The position numbers and the translations under genes are program-made. A stretch of DNA of 63,903 nucleotides, the filler included. It is 6 parts of 6 records of this genome, joined end to end, with 100 filler letters (N's around TTAATTAATTAA, not from the genome) between each part and the next. Parts side by side here need not be neighbours in the genome. Positions count along the whole stretch, not along the records: positions 44,151 to 58,630 come from DRR723986_6410; positions 58,731 to 63,903 come from DRR723986_6541; 4 more parts are not named here. One strand, given 5' to 3'. Shown here piece by piece: positions 48,994 through 60,140 of the stretch (the stretch's first letter is position 1; every line of letters begins with the position of its first letter). The notes under the pieces were generated by a model. It saw only the letters and a program-made list of their open reading frames with translations. It was not told where the DNA came from and did no database searches.

Positions 48994-49335
48994 ATGTTGT
49001 TTTCTACAGCTGCATATGCGCAAGGCGCAGGCGCACCCGCTGGCCCCGGCTTGATTGAAAGCCTGGCACCTTTGGTTTTGATTGTTGTTATTTTCTGGTT
49101 TCTTATTTTGCGTCCACAGCAGAAGAAGATGAAAGAACACAAGGAAATGGTTAACAAGGTTAGTCGCGGCGACACTGTCGTAACCGCTGGCGGCCTGATC
49201 GGTAAGGTTGCCAAAGTGAAAGACGAAACCGAAGTTGAAGTAGATTTTGGTGAAGGCATTCGCATCCGCGTTATGAAAAGTACGCTTGCTGATGTTCGTG
49301 TTAAGGGCGAGCCTGCGAAAACTGACGATAAATAA
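48994..49335 (+). CDS. yajC: Preprotein translocase subunit YajC
   Basis: FLILRPQQKK and GDTVVTAGG. Confidence 0.95.
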   Translation: MLFSTAAYAQGAGAPAGPGLIESLAPLVLIVVIFWFLILRPQQKKMKEHKEMVNKVSRGDTVVTAGGLIGKVAKVKDETEVEVDFGEGIRIRVMKSTLADVRVKGEPAKTDDK

Positions 49336-49418
49336 TGCCAGCCGGGCACCTAATTACTGCCCAGTTTTGTTTGCGGTTTTAGCCTCATAAAAATAGCCGC
49401 ATGAGTAGGGGACGAAGA

Positions 49419-51047
49419 ATGCTCAACTTTCCACGCTGGAAAGTCATTATGATCGCATTTGTATGCCTGTTCGGCATATTTACTGCGCTGCCAAACTTTC
49501 TTTCTGAAAACCAGCGAGATGGATTACCCGGCTTTATGCCTGCCCAAACGCTAAGCTTGGGTCTTGATCTACAGGGTGGCGTGCATTTGCTGTACGGTGC
49601 GCAAACTGAGGAAGTGGTGGCGGCACGCCTAGCCAACTTGGCCGATCAAATCCGCGACTTGAGCCGGGACGAGGGCAGGCGCCGCGATATCACGCGTGCT
49701 GAACGAGCAACCTTTAGCAATGTTAGTGTCGACGGCCAGTCCGTGAAAGCAACGTTGCGCAACCCTGATCTAACAGATCGTGGCCGTGAACTGTTGTTGC
49801 CGTTATCGCAGTCTCAAGTGGGTGGCACTAATCCACTTGGTGGCGGTATTCAGGAAGTAACACTGGAACGTAACGGCCCAACTTTTACTCTTACCCTAAC
49901 GGACCAAGGCATTGAGTTCCAAAAACGCGATGCCATTGCGCGTGCCATGCAGGTTATTCGTAAGCGTGTTGATCCGTCAGGCACCAAAGAGATTACCTTG
50001 CAGCCCCAAGGCAGTGACCGAATTATTCTGGAAGTGCCCGGCGCCGATGACCCGGAAGAAATTAAGCGTTTGATTGGCAAAACCGCGAAATTGTCGTTCC
50101 ATGATGTCATCACTGGGCTTTCTGCAGACGATATTGCAAACGGTAGGCTGCGTCCGCGCCAAAAGGCGTTGCCTTTGCGTGACGGCGGCATGGTCGTTAT
50201 CAATGAGCGGGTTATTGTTTCTGGTGACGACCTAACAGATGCCAAGCCTTCGTTTGATCAAGGCGGTCAGCCAGTTGTGGCCTTCACTTTCAATCTGTCA
50301 GGCTCAAAGCGCTTTGGCACCCATACCGCTAACAATGTGGGCAGGCCATTTGCCATTGTGCTTGATGATGTAGTTTTAAGCGCGCCGTCAATTAATGGCC
50401 CAATTTTGGGTGGTAGTGGTATCATTACTGGTGTGGGTGACATTGCTGAGGTGAACGAGCTTTCTACGCTTCTCAAGGCTGGCGCGCTGCCGGTTAAACT
50501 AACGGTACTGGCTGAACGCACCGTTGGCCCTGATTTAGGCGCAGACAATATTGAAGCTGGCAGCATGGCGGCGATGATTGGCTTCATTGCGGTTATTATT
50601 TACATGGTTGCGAGTTATGGCCGGTTTGGCTTGGCCGCAAATATTGCGCTCATCACCAATCTAGTGCTGATCACTGGGGTGCTGAGTCTGTTTCAGGCAA
50701 CGCTTACCTTGCCGGGTATTGCAGGCATTGTGCTAACCATTGGTATGGCGGTTGATGCCAACGTGCTTATTTTTGAACGTATTCGGGAAGAACAGCGGGC
50801 AGGGGCCAAGCCGTTTCAAGCCATGGAACGTGGGTATGGCCAAGCCTTTTCAACCATTATGGATGCCAATATCACCACCTTCATTGCGGCGGCGGTGCTG
50901 TATTTCCTTGGGTCTGGCCCCGTTCAGGGCTTTGCCGTAACGCTTGGGATCGGTATTTTAACGTCCATGTTCACGGCGGTTGTTTTGACCCGCTATGTTT
51001 TGTCCTCCTGGTTGAAGCGCGCGCGCCCAGCCACGTTGCCGATTTAA
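49419..51047 (+). CDS. secD: Protein translocase subunit SecD
   Basis: LGLDLQGG, VGPDLG and GMAVDANVLIFERIREE. Confidence 0.97.
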   Translation: MLNFPRWKVIMIAFVCLFGIFTALPNFLSENQRDGLPGFMPAQTLSLGLDLQGGVHLLYGAQTEEVVAARLANLADQIRDLSRDEGRRRDITRAERATFSNVSVDGQSVKATLRNPDLTDRGRELLLPLSQSQVGGTNPLGGGIQEVTLERNGPTFTLTLTDQGIEFQKRDAIARAMQVIRKRVDPSGTKEITLQPQGSDRIILEVPGADDPEEIKRLIGKTAKLSFHDVITGLSADDIANGRLRPRQKALPLRDGGMVVINERVIVSGDDLTDAKPSFDQGGQPVVAFTFNLSGSKRFGTHTANNVGRPFAIVLDDVVLSAPSINGPILGGSGIITGVGDIAEVNELSTLLKAGALPVKLTVLAERTVGPDLGADNIEAGSMAAMIGFIAVIIYMVASYGRFGLAANIALITNLVLITGVLSLFQATLTLPGIAGIVLTIGMAVDANVLIFERIREEQRAGAKPFQAMERGYGQAFSTIMDANITTFIAAAVLYFLGSGPVQGFAVTLGIGILTSMFTAVVLTRYVLSSWLKRARPATLPI

Positions 51048-51059
51048 GGAGCCAGGGTT

Positions 51060-52031
51060 ATGTTGTTAAAACTTCTCCCTAGTGAGACAAAAATCAAATT
51101 TCTTGGCATGCGCAAAATTGCAGCGGCCTTCTCAATTTTGCTGGCAATTGGCTCGCTTGGCTTGTTTGCGGTTGAAAGCCTGAATTATGGCATTGACTTC
51201 AAAGGCGGCATGACCGTTGAAGTGGGTTACGAGGAAAAAGCCGTGCCACTGGCAGAAATTCGCGAAATTATGAGCGGTTTGAACCTTGGGGACGTGTCGG
51301 TTAAGCAGTTTGGTGCGCCTAATGATGTGCTAATCCGCATTGAGCGCCAACCCGGCGATGATGAAGCGCAAAGCGTTGCCATGACAGGCGTTCGGGCAGC
51401 CCTTGCGGCCGCATTGCCAGACCTGATTTACCGGCAAGGCAACATTATTGGCCCGGTAGTTTCTGCAGAGCTGAAAGAAGACGGCGCACTGGCGGTTACT
51501 GTCGCGATCATCATGGTGTTGATGTACATCTGGTTTCGGTTTGAATGGCAGTTTGGCTTGGGTGCAGTTATTGCCCTAGTACATGACATTGTGCTGACGA
51601 TTGGCTTTTTCGCAGTAACCCGACTTGAGTTTAACCTGTCGATCATCGCGGCCCTTTTGACCATTGTTGGTTACAGCCTGAATGACACGGTGGTGGTGTA
51701 TGACCGCGTGCGGGAAAATATTCGTAAATACCGCAAGATGGATATGGAAGATGTACTGAACCTGTCTCTTAACCAAACGCTTAGCCGCACGGTTATGACC
51801 TCGGTTACGACACTTTTAGCGTTGTTGGCGCTGTTCTTCCTGGGCGGCGAAGTTATTCGCGGCTTTACCGCAGCGATGATTTGGGGTGTTGTGATTGGTA
51901 CATACAGTTCGATATTTGTAGCATCACCTTTGTTGATGTTCTTCAAAATTCGGCGCGAGTCGATGATTTTGAACGACGAAAAAGACCCAACCGTGGATAA
52001 ATCCCGTCCGGGTCAATTCAGCGATATTTAA
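51060..52031 (+). CDS. secF: Protein translocase subunit SecF
   Basis: GIDFKGG and GYSLNDTVVVYDRVREN. Confidence 0.97.
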   Translation: MLLKLLPSETKIKFLGMRKIAAAFSILLAIGSLGLFAVESLNYGIDFKGGMTVEVGYEEKAVPLAEIREIMSGLNLGDVSVKQFGAPNDVLIRIERQPGDDEAQSVAMTGVRAALAAALPDLIYRQGNIIGPVVSAELKEDGALAVTVAIIMVLMYIWFRFEWQFGLGAVIALVHDIVLTIGFFAVTRLEFNLSIIAALLTIVGYSLNDTVVVYDRVRENIRKYRKMDMEDVLNLSLNQTLSRTVMTSVTTLLALLALFFLGGEVIRGFTAAMIWGVVIGTYSSIFVASPLLMFFKIRRESMILNDEKDPTVDKSRPGQFSDI

Positions 52032-52051
52032 GCAGCGATTCGAGGCTCAAT

Positions 52052-52456
52052 GTGGCAGAGAAAATCCAGTCATCGGGCATTTCCCTAACACTTGAGAGCC
52101 CGGAAGAGGTGCTTTTGGTGGAGGCTTACGGTGACGGCGGCTTTCGCCTTATGGAGAAGCGCGTTGAAGGCAGCGTGTTTGTTCGGGAAAGCGGTTTCTT
52201 TCCATTTGCTGTTGAAACACTTGATGAGCTTACGGCAGGCGACATAGATCAGGCCCTTGCGCCTTATGAAATGCCGGAAATTCTGATTATTGGCACAGGC
52301 GCTGATATGGCTTTGTTGCCAAAGGAGTTGCGGTTGCATTTGGATAAGAACGGTATTGGTTATGACGTGATGAGTACGGGGGCGGCTGCCCGCACTTATA
52401 ATGTTCTGACCATAGAAGGGCGGAATGTGGCGGCACTATTGCTTCAAGTACCTTAA
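52052..52456 (+). CDS. Mth938-like protein
   Basis: YGDGGF, LIIGTG and MSTGAAARTYNVL. Confidence 0.9.
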   Translation: MAEKIQSSGISLTLESPEEVLLVEAYGDGGFRLMEKRVEGSVFVRESGFFPFAVETLDELTAGDIDQALAPYEMPEILIIGTGADMALLPKELRLHLDKNGIGYDVMSTGAAARTYNVLTIEGRNVAALLLQVP

Positions 52457-52577
52457 TCAACGGTTGTTTTTTCTTAGCTTATGGTTTGTGTTCACAATTG
52501 CGTAATCTGGCCTTGTCATGCTTTAGTAAGTAGGGCATCATGGATGCAATAGTATAACAATAATATGACATAGGTTT

Positions 52578-52964
52578 ATGGAAGTCCTGATGGCCAATGA
52601 TAGCTCAAGCGTTAAAAAACCTTTGATTACTGCGGTAATTGTGCCGTTATTTGTTATGTTTGCCGCTTTTTCCGCATCGGCTCTTAGCGACACCACTGAA
52701 AAAATGCCTCGCATGACTTTCGACAGTATTGGCTCCATGTTACAAGATATGGACCGTGAGAATTCACAAGCTGACATGGAGCATTATACACTTTCGTCTG
52801 GTACTGAGCATAATCGAAGTCAGTCTTGCAAAGACGAGGCACGGGCGAGGGCACAAATGACAGAAGAGCAAATTCGCGCCACTATAGCTTCGATGGAAGC
52901 GCAGTGGATGGCTTCTGCCATATCGGAGGATATGGTTGAAGAAACATCGGTTAGCCGGCCTTAA
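52578..52964 (+). CDS. Hypothetical exported protein
   Basis: Signal-peptide-like N-terminus. Confidence 0.55.
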   Translation: MEVLMANDSSSVKKPLITAVIVPLFVMFAAFSASALSDTTEKMPRMTFDSIGSMLQDMDRENSQADMEHYTLSSGTEHNRSQSCKDEARARAQMTEEQIRATIASMEAQWMASAISEDMVEETSVSRP

Positions 52965-53139
52965 CCAACAAACTCGTCTCTTACCCAACAATTTAGACAT
53001 AATCAGGCGGGGCTAATTCTGCTTTTTTGCGATTTTTTGACCGTGATCGTTCAACAGCCTTGACCTTCGAGCCGATATGGCTTTGAAACACTGTAAGAAC
53101 GTTTTGATCCTTAACAGGACTTCACAGGTATACTAAGCC

Positions 53140-54363
53140 ATGTCACAGAATGATTTTTACCGCATCCGCCGGTTGCCACCTTATTTGTTTGCTGAAGTAA
53201 ATGAAATGAAAGCCGCCGCGCGCGCTCGCGGTGAGGACATCATTGACTTTGGTATGGGCAACCCCGACCTGCCGACACCGCAGCATATTGTCGATAAACT
53301 CAAAGAAACCGCTGATAACAAGCGGGCGCATGGCTATTCCACATCAAGGGGTATTCCGGGGCTTCGAAAGGCCTTGGCGGGTTATTATGATCGCCGGTTT
53401 GGTGTAACCATTGACCCCGATACAGAAGCGGTGGTGACCCTTGGTTCCAAAGAGGGGCTGGCGAACCTTGCACAGGCGATTACAGCGCCCGGTGATGTTA
53501 TTCTGGTGCCAAATCCCAGTTTTCCCATCCACCCATACGGCTTCATGATTGCGGGTGCATCTGTCCGTCATATGCCTATGGGACCAGACCATGACTTTAT
53601 GACCGAACTATCTCGCGCGGTGCAGCACAGCGTGCCCAGCCCGAGCGCTGTTATCCTCTGTTACCCGGGTAATCCGACAGCAGAAGTGGTGGATCTTGAG
53701 TTTTACCGCGAAGTGGTGGAGTTTTGCCGCAAGAAAGGCATTTGGATACTGTCCGACATTGCCTATGCCGAAATTTATTTTGATGATAACCCGCCACCGT
53801 CCATTTTGCAGGTTCCGGGCGCACGTGATATCGCCATCGAATTTACGTCTATGTCGAAAACATACTCAATGGCCGGCTGGCGCGTTGGCTTTGGCGTGGG
53901 TAATAAAGATCTGGTGGGCGCCTTAACGCGGGTTAAAAGCTATTTAGATTACGGCGCGTTCACGCCAATACAGGTGGCTGCGACCGCCGCTTTCAATGGC
54001 CCGCAGGACTGTATTGAACTGCACCGACAAACCTATAAATCACGCCGCGATGTGCTTATTGAGGGGTTGGCGGGCGCAGGTTGGCCAGTGCCCAGCCCAA
54101 AAGCATCTATGTTTGCGTGGGCACCGCTGCCTGAGGCTTTCCGGGAAGTTGGATCTATGGCCTTTACCAAAATGTTGTTGCAGCATGCGAAAGTGGCGGT
54201 TGCGCCAGGTGTGGGCTTCGGGGAGTACGGCGAAGGCTATGTGCGCATTGGGCTTGTAGAGAATGAACACCGAATTCGCCAAGCCGTGCGCAACATTAAG
54301 AAGTTTATGGCCGACAGAGATAAGCATTTAGCGGCGTGGCGCAAAGACAATGTCGCTGGCTAA
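53140..54363 (+). CDS. Class I PLP aminotransferase (AlaC/LL-DAP aminotransferase-like)
   Basis: GMGNPD, PGNPT, DIAY and SMSKTYSMAGWRVG. Confidence 0.92.
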   Translation: MSQNDFYRIRRLPPYLFAEVNEMKAAARARGEDIIDFGMGNPDLPTPQHIVDKLKETADNKRAHGYSTSRGIPGLRKALAGYYDRRFGVTIDPDTEAVVTLGSKEGLANLAQAITAPGDVILVPNPSFPIHPYGFMIAGASVRHMPMGPDHDFMTELSRAVQHSVPSPSAVILCYPGNPTAEVVDLEFYREVVEFCRKKGIWILSDIAYAEIYFDDNPPPSILQVPGARDIAIEFTSMSKTYSMAGWRVGFGVGNKDLVGALTRVKSYLDYGAFTPIQVAATAAFNGPQDCIELHRQTYKSRRDVLIEGLAGAGWPVPSPKASMFAWAPLPEAFREVGSMAFTKMLLQHAKVAVAPGVGFGEYGEGYVRIGLVENEHRIRQAVRNIKKFMADRDKHLAAWRKDNVAG

Positions 54364-54389
54364 GCATTAAGAACAGAAAGAATCAGCGA

Positions 54390-55694
54390 ATGAACATACA
54401 AAATCGTACCCCCCTTAGGCTCGGCATTGCAGGCCTTGGTACCGTTGGTGTTGGCGTGGTCAATATCGTACAGGGCAGTGCGGGTATGCTGTCTGCTCGT
54501 GCTGGGCAGGATATTGTGATCACGGCGGTTTCCGCGCGGGATAAAAACCGGGACCGCGGCATCAATGTTTCTGGTTATAGATGGCACGACAATGCAGTAG
54601 ACCTCGCACGCGACGACACTGTGGATGTTGTTGTGGAATTGATGGGCGGCAGTGATGGCCCGGCGTATAATCTGGCGAAAGCATGCCTTGCTGCTGGTAA
54701 GCCCTTTATTACTGCGAACAAGGCACTTATTGCCACCCACGGCAAGGAGTTAGCGGAACTGGCTGAATCCAACGATGCGGCTATGCGGTTTGAGGCAGCC
54801 GTTGCTGGCGGTATACCGGTAGTGAAAGCTTTGATGGAAGGTCTTTCTGCAAATAAAATCAGTGGCTTGTATGGCATTCTTAATGGAACATGTAATTATA
54901 TACTAACGCGTATGGAGCGTGAAAAACTTGCCTTTGCAGACGTGTTGGCAGAGGCACAGAAAATTGGGTATGCAGAGGCAGACCCCACTTTCGATATTGA
55001 TGGCATTGATACCGCGCACAAAACCGCAATCTTGGCCGCAGTCGCTTTTGGCATCGCGCCGGACTTGGGCAATCTGCCCACGGAAGGGATCCGGCATATT
55101 GCGCCAGTTGATATCGAATATGCCACTGAACTTGGTTATCGAATCAAGTTGCTAGGTGTCGCACAGCAGACCGAAGAGGGCATAAAAGTGAGTGTGCACC
55201 CTGCAATGGTGCCGCTTTCATCGCCACTTGCAGGCGTTATGGATGCCACCAACGCGGTTGTCATCACCGGAGATCAAGTAGGCCAAACCGCTTATGAAGG
55301 TGCAGGTGCCGGGCAGGGCCCAACAGCTTCATCAGTAATGGCTGACGTGATTGACATCGCTCGGGGTGTGAATTATCCGCCGCTCGGTGTGCCTGTTAGC
55401 CAACTGAAGCAATTGCCTTATTTGGAGTCAGGCAGCCAAAAAGGTACCTATTATATACGCCTACGGGTTACTGATGTACCAGGTGTCATGGCGGAAATTA
55501 CTAAGTCTTTAGCAGCAGAAACCGTATCGATTGAAAGTATGATACAAAGGGACCATGCGGCCGAAGGCAGTGTGTATGTTGTGTTAACCACGCACAAGAC
55601 CACTGAACAGTCTGCAATTGCTGCACTCAGCCATTTCAACGCAATGGATTGTGTGTTAGAGAGCCCGGCAATGTTAAGAATTGAGACGGCATAA
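54390..55694 (+). CDS. hom: Homoserine dehydrogenase
   Basis: GLGTVG, EAAVAGGIP, GILNGTCNYIL and an ACT domain. Confidence 0.96.
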   Translation: MNIQNRTPLRLGIAGLGTVGVGVVNIVQGSAGMLSARAGQDIVITAVSARDKNRDRGINVSGYRWHDNAVDLARDDTVDVVVELMGGSDGPAYNLAKACLAAGKPFITANKALIATHGKELAELAESNDAAMRFEAAVAGGIPVVKALMEGLSANKISGLYGILNGTCNYILTRMEREKLAFADVLAEAQKIGYAEADPTFDIDGIDTAHKTAILAAVAFGIAPDLGNLPTEGIRHIAPVDIEYATELGYRIKLLGVAQQTEEGIKVSVHPAMVPLSSPLAGVMDATNAVVITGDQVGQTAYEGAGAGQGPTASSVMADVIDIARGVNYPPLGVPVSQLKQLPYLESGSQKGTYYIRLRVTDVPGVMAEITKSLAAETVSIESMIQRDHAAEGSVYVVLTTHKTTEQSAIAALSHFNAMDCVLESPAMLRIETA

Positions 55695-55702
55695 TCAGGG
55701 GA

Positions 55703-56677
55703 ATGTCCATGTCAGCTAGCGCGCTTAATCGCACACTTGTTTTAGAAGTTGTTCGCGTCACCGAGGCCGGTGCCATCGCAGCCAGTGCCTTAAATGGTCG
55801 AGGTGATGAAAAAGCAGCAGATGCCGCCGCTGTTGAAGCGATGCGGCTTGCTTTTAATAGCCTGCATATTGATGGCCGGGTGGTTATAGGTGAGGGCGAA
55901 CGCGACGAAGCACCCATGCTGTTCATCGGCGAAGAAGTAGGTGCAGGCGGTGTAGCGGTTGATATCGCACTAGACCCGCTGGAAGGTACCACTATTTGCG
56001 CGAAGGCCATGCCCAATGCACTTGCGGTTGTTGCCATTTCCGAGCGTGGCGGCCTCTTGAATGCCCCGGACGTTTACATGGACAAAATCGCAGTAGGCGG
56101 CGGTTTGCCAGACGGCGTGATTGATCTGGATAAATCAGCCACTGAAAATGTTAAGGCGGTTGCAGCAGCCAAGGGCAAAAGCGTTGAAGCCATGATGGTT
56201 TGTGTTCTTGATCGCCCACGCCACGCTAAGCTTATTAAAGAGCTGCGCGGCATTGGGTGTGGTGTTGCACTTATTGGAGACGGTGACGTTGCCGGTGTTA
56301 TTGCCACCACCGACGAAAAAACCGGTATTGACCTTTACATCGGCTCAGGCGGTGCGCCTGAAGGAGTGTTGGCAGCGGCAGCATTGCGCTGTATTGGCGG
56401 CCAAATGCAGGGTCGTTTGTTGTTCCGCAATGACGATGAGCGCGCGCGCGCGCGCAAATGGGGCATTGAGGACCTAGACCGCAAATACACCATGATGGAC
56501 ATGGCGTCTGGTGATGTAATCTTTGCTGCAACAGGTGTTACGGACGGTTCTATGCTCAAAGGCGTGCATCGCACCCCTGAGGGCATCACCACCGATACTG
56601 TGACCATGCGGTCGCGCTCAAAAACCATTCGCCGTGTGGAAACCCTTCATGGGTACGATAAAGAGGAACTCGGTTGA
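55703..56677 (+). CDS. glpX: Fructose-1,6-bisphosphatase class II
   Basis: VIGEGERDEAPML, DPLEGT and GGAPEGV. Confidence 0.96.
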   Translation: MSMSASALNRTLVLEVVRVTEAGAIAASALNGRGDEKAADAAAVEAMRLAFNSLHIDGRVVIGEGERDEAPMLFIGEEVGAGGVAVDIALDPLEGTTICAKAMPNALAVVAISERGGLLNAPDVYMDKIAVGGGLPDGVIDLDKSATENVKAVAAAKGKSVEAMMVCVLDRPRHAKLIKELRGIGCGVALIGDGDVAGVIATTDEKTGIDLYIGSGGAPEGVLAAAALRCIGGQMQGRLLFRNDDERARARKWGIEDLDRKYTMMDMASGDVIFAATGVTDGSMLKGVHRTPEGITTDTVTMRSRSKTIRRVETLHGYDKEELG

Positions 56678-58497
56678 CGAACACGCCTTCTAGCGAAAAT
56701 TCGCCCGACCTTCCAGACGCATTATTAGGCGTTACAAACTCTGCCTTGGGCCAGCGCTGGCTGCAGCGACCCTTTATAGATCGTCATGCGCAAGCTATTT
56801 CTGACCAGCTAGGCGTGTCGTTAACAGTGGGGCAGTTGATAGCCGGGCGCGGCGTTTCTGTTGATGATGCGGCGGTGTTTTTTAAACCTTCCCTGCGCGA
56901 CCTTATGCCTGACCCGGCAAGTATTCTGGATATGACAAACGGTGCACGCCGCATTATTCGCGCCATTGAGTCGGGAGAGAAAATCGCTGTTTTCGGCGAC
57001 TATGACGTTGACGGTGCCACCTCAAGTGCTTTGCTCACCCGATATTTCAAAGCCCTCGGCGTTCCTATACGGGTATATATTCCTGACCGCATGGTGGAAG
57101 GCTATGGCCCTAATGCGGCGGCGATGGAAAGCCTGCGCCGCGAAGGCATTGACCTAGTGATTACGGTTGACTGCGGTACGCTGTCGTTTGAGCCGCTGAA
57201 AGCCGCGAAAGACATGGGCCTTGATGTAATTGTGGTGGACCACCATAAGGCCGAGCCAACGCTGCCTGATGTTACGGCACTGATTAACCCCAACCGGCTG
57301 GACGATGAAAGTGGACAGGGTCAACTGGCAGCAGTGGGTGTAGCCTTTATGCTGGCGGTTGAAGTGAACAAGCTGTTGCGCGAAGCCGATTGGTTCAACA
57401 AACAGCGCCCAGAGCCAGACTTGCGGCTTCTCCTCGATATCGTCGCTCTTGGCACTGTGTGCGATGTGGTGCCCCTAACCGGTGTTAACCGAGCGCTGGT
57501 GACACAAGGCCTTAAGGTAATGGCCCAGCGCCGTAATGTGGGTATAAACGCCCTTGCTGATGTAGGGCGCGTTTCTGAGGCGCCCGGAACCTATCATGCC
57601 GGTTTTGTGCTTGGCCCTAGGGTTAATGCTGGTGGCCGTGTGGGTGAGGCTGGGCTGGGTGCACGATTGCTGGCTACTGATAACCCTGCAGAAGCGCGCC
57701 AAATTGCGGAAAAACTTGATGAATATAATGGGGATCGCCGCGTTATTGAAGCTCAAGTGCTGAAAGAGGCACTAGCGCAAGTGGAAGCCAGCGTTAGTGT
57801 GGAAGGTGCACCCGATACGGTCGTTATTGCCTGCGGTGAAGGCTGGCACGCGGGTGTTATCGGCATTGTGGCCAGTCGCCTGAAGGATAAATACCGCTTG
57901 CCGACGCTGGTAATTGCCATGGAAAGTGGTGAAGGAAAGGGCTCGGCCCGCTCCATCAGCGGTGTTGACCTGGGTGCGGCAGTTATTGAGGCGCAGCACA
58001 AAGGATTGCTGATCAAAGGCGGGGGGCATGCCATGGCGGCGGGCCTAACGGTAGCAGCAGACAAGGTTGAAGCTCTAAGTGCTTTCCTGCGCGACCATAT
58101 GCGCGCATCTGTGAAAAAGGCTGCCAGTTCACAAGCACTAAAAATAGATACGGTTATCGCCCTGTCGGGCGCTACGGCAGACTTGATTGATGAAATTGAT
58201 CAAGTCGGACCGTTTGGTGCAGGAAACCCAAGCCCGCATTTTGCCATACCCGAGGTTGACCTGTTGAAAGCTGACCGGGTAGGCGAAAATCATCTGCGGT
58301 GCATTTTCAAATCAAAAGATGGTAGCAGCATTAAGGCGATGGCCTTCAGGCAAGCTGATGAGCCTTTGGGCCATTTACTGCAAACCGGTATTGGCAGGCG
58401 CTTTCACATTGCTGGCAAACTGAAGAAAGACACCTGGGCTGGGGGCGGTAAAGTGGAGATTACGCTGGATGACGTGGCGCTTATCGGCGCGCCCTAG
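56674..58497 (+). CDS. recJ: Single-stranded DNA exonuclease RecJ
   Basis: GDYDVDG, TVDCG, DHH, GSARS and GGHAMAAG. Confidence 0.97.
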   Translation: MTNTPSSENSPDLPDALLGVTNSALGQRWLQRPFIDRHAQAISDQLGVSLTVGQLIAGRGVSVDDAAVFFKPSLRDLMPDPASILDMTNGARRIIRAIESGEKIAVFGDYDVDGATSSALLTRYFKALGVPIRVYIPDRMVEGYGPNAAAMESLRREGIDLVITVDCGTLSFEPLKAAKDMGLDVIVVDHHKAEPTLPDVTALINPNRLDDESGQGQLAAVGVAFMLAVEVNKLLREADWFNKQRPEPDLRLLLDIVALGTVCDVVPLTGVNRALVTQGLKVMAQRRNVGINALADVGRVSEAPGTYHAGFVLGPRVNAGGRVGEAGLGARLLATDNPAEARQIAEKLDEYNGDRRVIEAQVLKEALAQVEASVSVEGAPDTVVIACGEGWHAGVIGIVASRLKDKYRLPTLVIAMESGEGKGSARSISGVDLGAAVIEAQHKGLLIKGGGHAMAAGLTVAADKVEALSAFLRDHMRASVKKAASSQALKIDTVIALSGATADLIDEIDQVGPFGAGNPSPHFAIPEVDLLKADRVGENHLRCIFKSKDGSSIKAMAFRQADEPLGHLLQTGIGRRFHIAGKLKKDTWAGGGKVEITLDDVALIGAP

Positions 58498-58601
58498 CGG
58501 GGTGCACGTAGGTTGCTACTTTGACCTTGGTATAAAAAAGCAAAAATAGGTTGACCCGGCGAGGGTGGCTGGGTATCTAGGCGTCCGTTGTGCGCTACAG
58601 T

Positions 58602-58630
58602 GGTCCCTTCGTCTAGTGGCCTAGGACGCT
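58602..58630 (+). tRNA. 5' part of a probable tRNA-Glu (truncated before the anticodon)
   Basis: GGTCCCTTCGTCTAGTGGCCTAGGAC matches the tRNA-Glu acceptor and D-arm pattern. Confidence 0.75.
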
Positions 58631-58730
58631 NNNNNNNNNNNNNNNNNNNNNNNNNNNNNNNNNNNNNNNNNNNNTTAATTAATTAANNNNNNNNNNNNNN
58701 NNNNNNNNNNNNNNNNNNNNNNNNNNNNNN

Positions 58731-59163
58731 CAACCTGCGCAACGGCTCGAAATTGAACGAACGCTTCCGCAGCGCCGACAAGGTGGAACGGGTCCGGCTG
58801 GAACAGAAGGACCAGCAGTTCCTGTATGAAACCGACGGTATGCTGGTATTCATGGACACAGAAACCTACGAACAGATCGAACTGCCTGCCGAATTGCTTG
58901 GCGATCGCCGTCCGTTCCTGCAAGACGGCATGACGATCGTGGTGGAATTCCACGATGCTGAGGCCCTGAACGCCACCGTTCCGCAGAAGGTCACGTGCAA
59001 GATCGTCGAGACCGAACCGGTGGTCAAAGGCCAGACCGCGGCCAACAGCTTCAAGCCCGCAATCCTTGACAATGGCGTCAAGGTCATGGTGCCGCCCTTT
59101 GTCGGCCAGGACGAGATGATCGTCGTGAACACCGAAACGATGGAATATTCCGAACGCGCCTGA
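58731..59163 (+). CDS. efp: Elongation factor P (5' truncated)
   Basis: [22 protein letters not shown] and EYSERA. Confidence 0.95.
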
Positions 59164-59253
59164 GGCGAGGAGCCAAGGTCGTTCAAGGATCTTGGCGACG
59201 TTCCAGAATGCTCACTGCCCGGTCTCTGTCCAAGGGATCGGGCGGTTTCCGTT

Positions 59254-60093
59254 TCAGCGGGCCCCACCCCAAGGGGATTTGCGATCCACCCGGCGCTGGC
59301 CCGCGCGCGGCACGCGGGTGCTGTCGGGGCTTTCATCCTGAAAGCCGCCCTGCCGACTGCCGGTCGACTGATATGAGCGCGGAGGTTCCTGATTGCGCGC
59401 CGCATGCGGGGGTAGCCCGTGATTGAGCTGCCAGAACCCCGGCCCGCCGCGCCGCAGCCATGCAGGCAGGATCAGCACAACCCCGGCGATAAAGCCACCT
59501 GCATGCGCCCAATAGGCAACACCACCGCCCGCAGCCTCTGACGCTGCGCCGCTGACAAGTTGCAGGCCGAACCAAAGACCCAGCATCAGCCAGGCGGGCA
59601 CGGTGATGATCTTGAAGAACACGAAAATGATCAGGGCAAGATCCACCCGAGCCCGCGGGAACAGCAGCAGATAGCCCCCCATTACCCCGGCAATCGCGCC
59701 GGATGCGCCAACCATGGGAACAGTCGAGGACGGATCCGCCGCCATCTGCGCGAAGGCCGCCGCAACGCCACCGGCGAGATAGAACAGCAGATAGCCCAGA
59801 TGCCCCAGCTGATCCTCCATATTATCGCCGAAGATGTAGAGAAACAGCATATTCCCGATGATATGCATCCAGCCGCCATGCAGGAACATCGAAGTGATGA
59901 TGGTATGCAGTTCCGCCCCCTGGGACGCCTCGGCCGGAACCAGGGCCCAATCCATGTAGAAGGCCATCAACTGTCGTTCCTGATCACCCAGGCTGGGAAA
60001 ATAGCTGAGGAACACCGCGACGTTGATCGCAATCAGCGCCCAGGTGACGAAAGGGGTCCGTTCGGACGGATTATGGTCGCGGATTGGAAACAT
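59254..60093 (-). CDS. Rhomboid intramembrane protease
   Basis: HGGWMHIIGNM, GASGA and AHAGG. Confidence 0.93.
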   Translation of the reverse strand: MFPIRDHNPSERTPFVTWALIAINVAVFLSYFPSLGDQERQLMAFYMDWALVPAEASQGAELHTIITSMFLHGGWMHIIGNMLFLYIFGDNMEDQLGHLGYLLFYLAGGVAAAFAQMAADPSSTVPMVGASGAIAGVMGGYLLLFPRARVDLALIIFVFFKIITVPAWLMLGLWFGLQLVSGAASEAAGGGVAYWAHAGGFIAGVVLILPAWLRRGGPGFWQLNHGLPPHAARNQEPPRSYQSTGSRQGGFQDESPDSTRVPRAGQRRVDRKSPWGGAR

Positions 60094-60140
60094 GGGGCCC
60101 AGATTGGCCCCTCACGCCACAAGGTCAAGAGCCTGTTGCG

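Noticed and set aside
11960-58730. Five identical TTAATTAATTAA motifs within N-runs
   Set aside because: Artificial joiners. ORFs ending in X..LIN and any synteny across them are artefacts.
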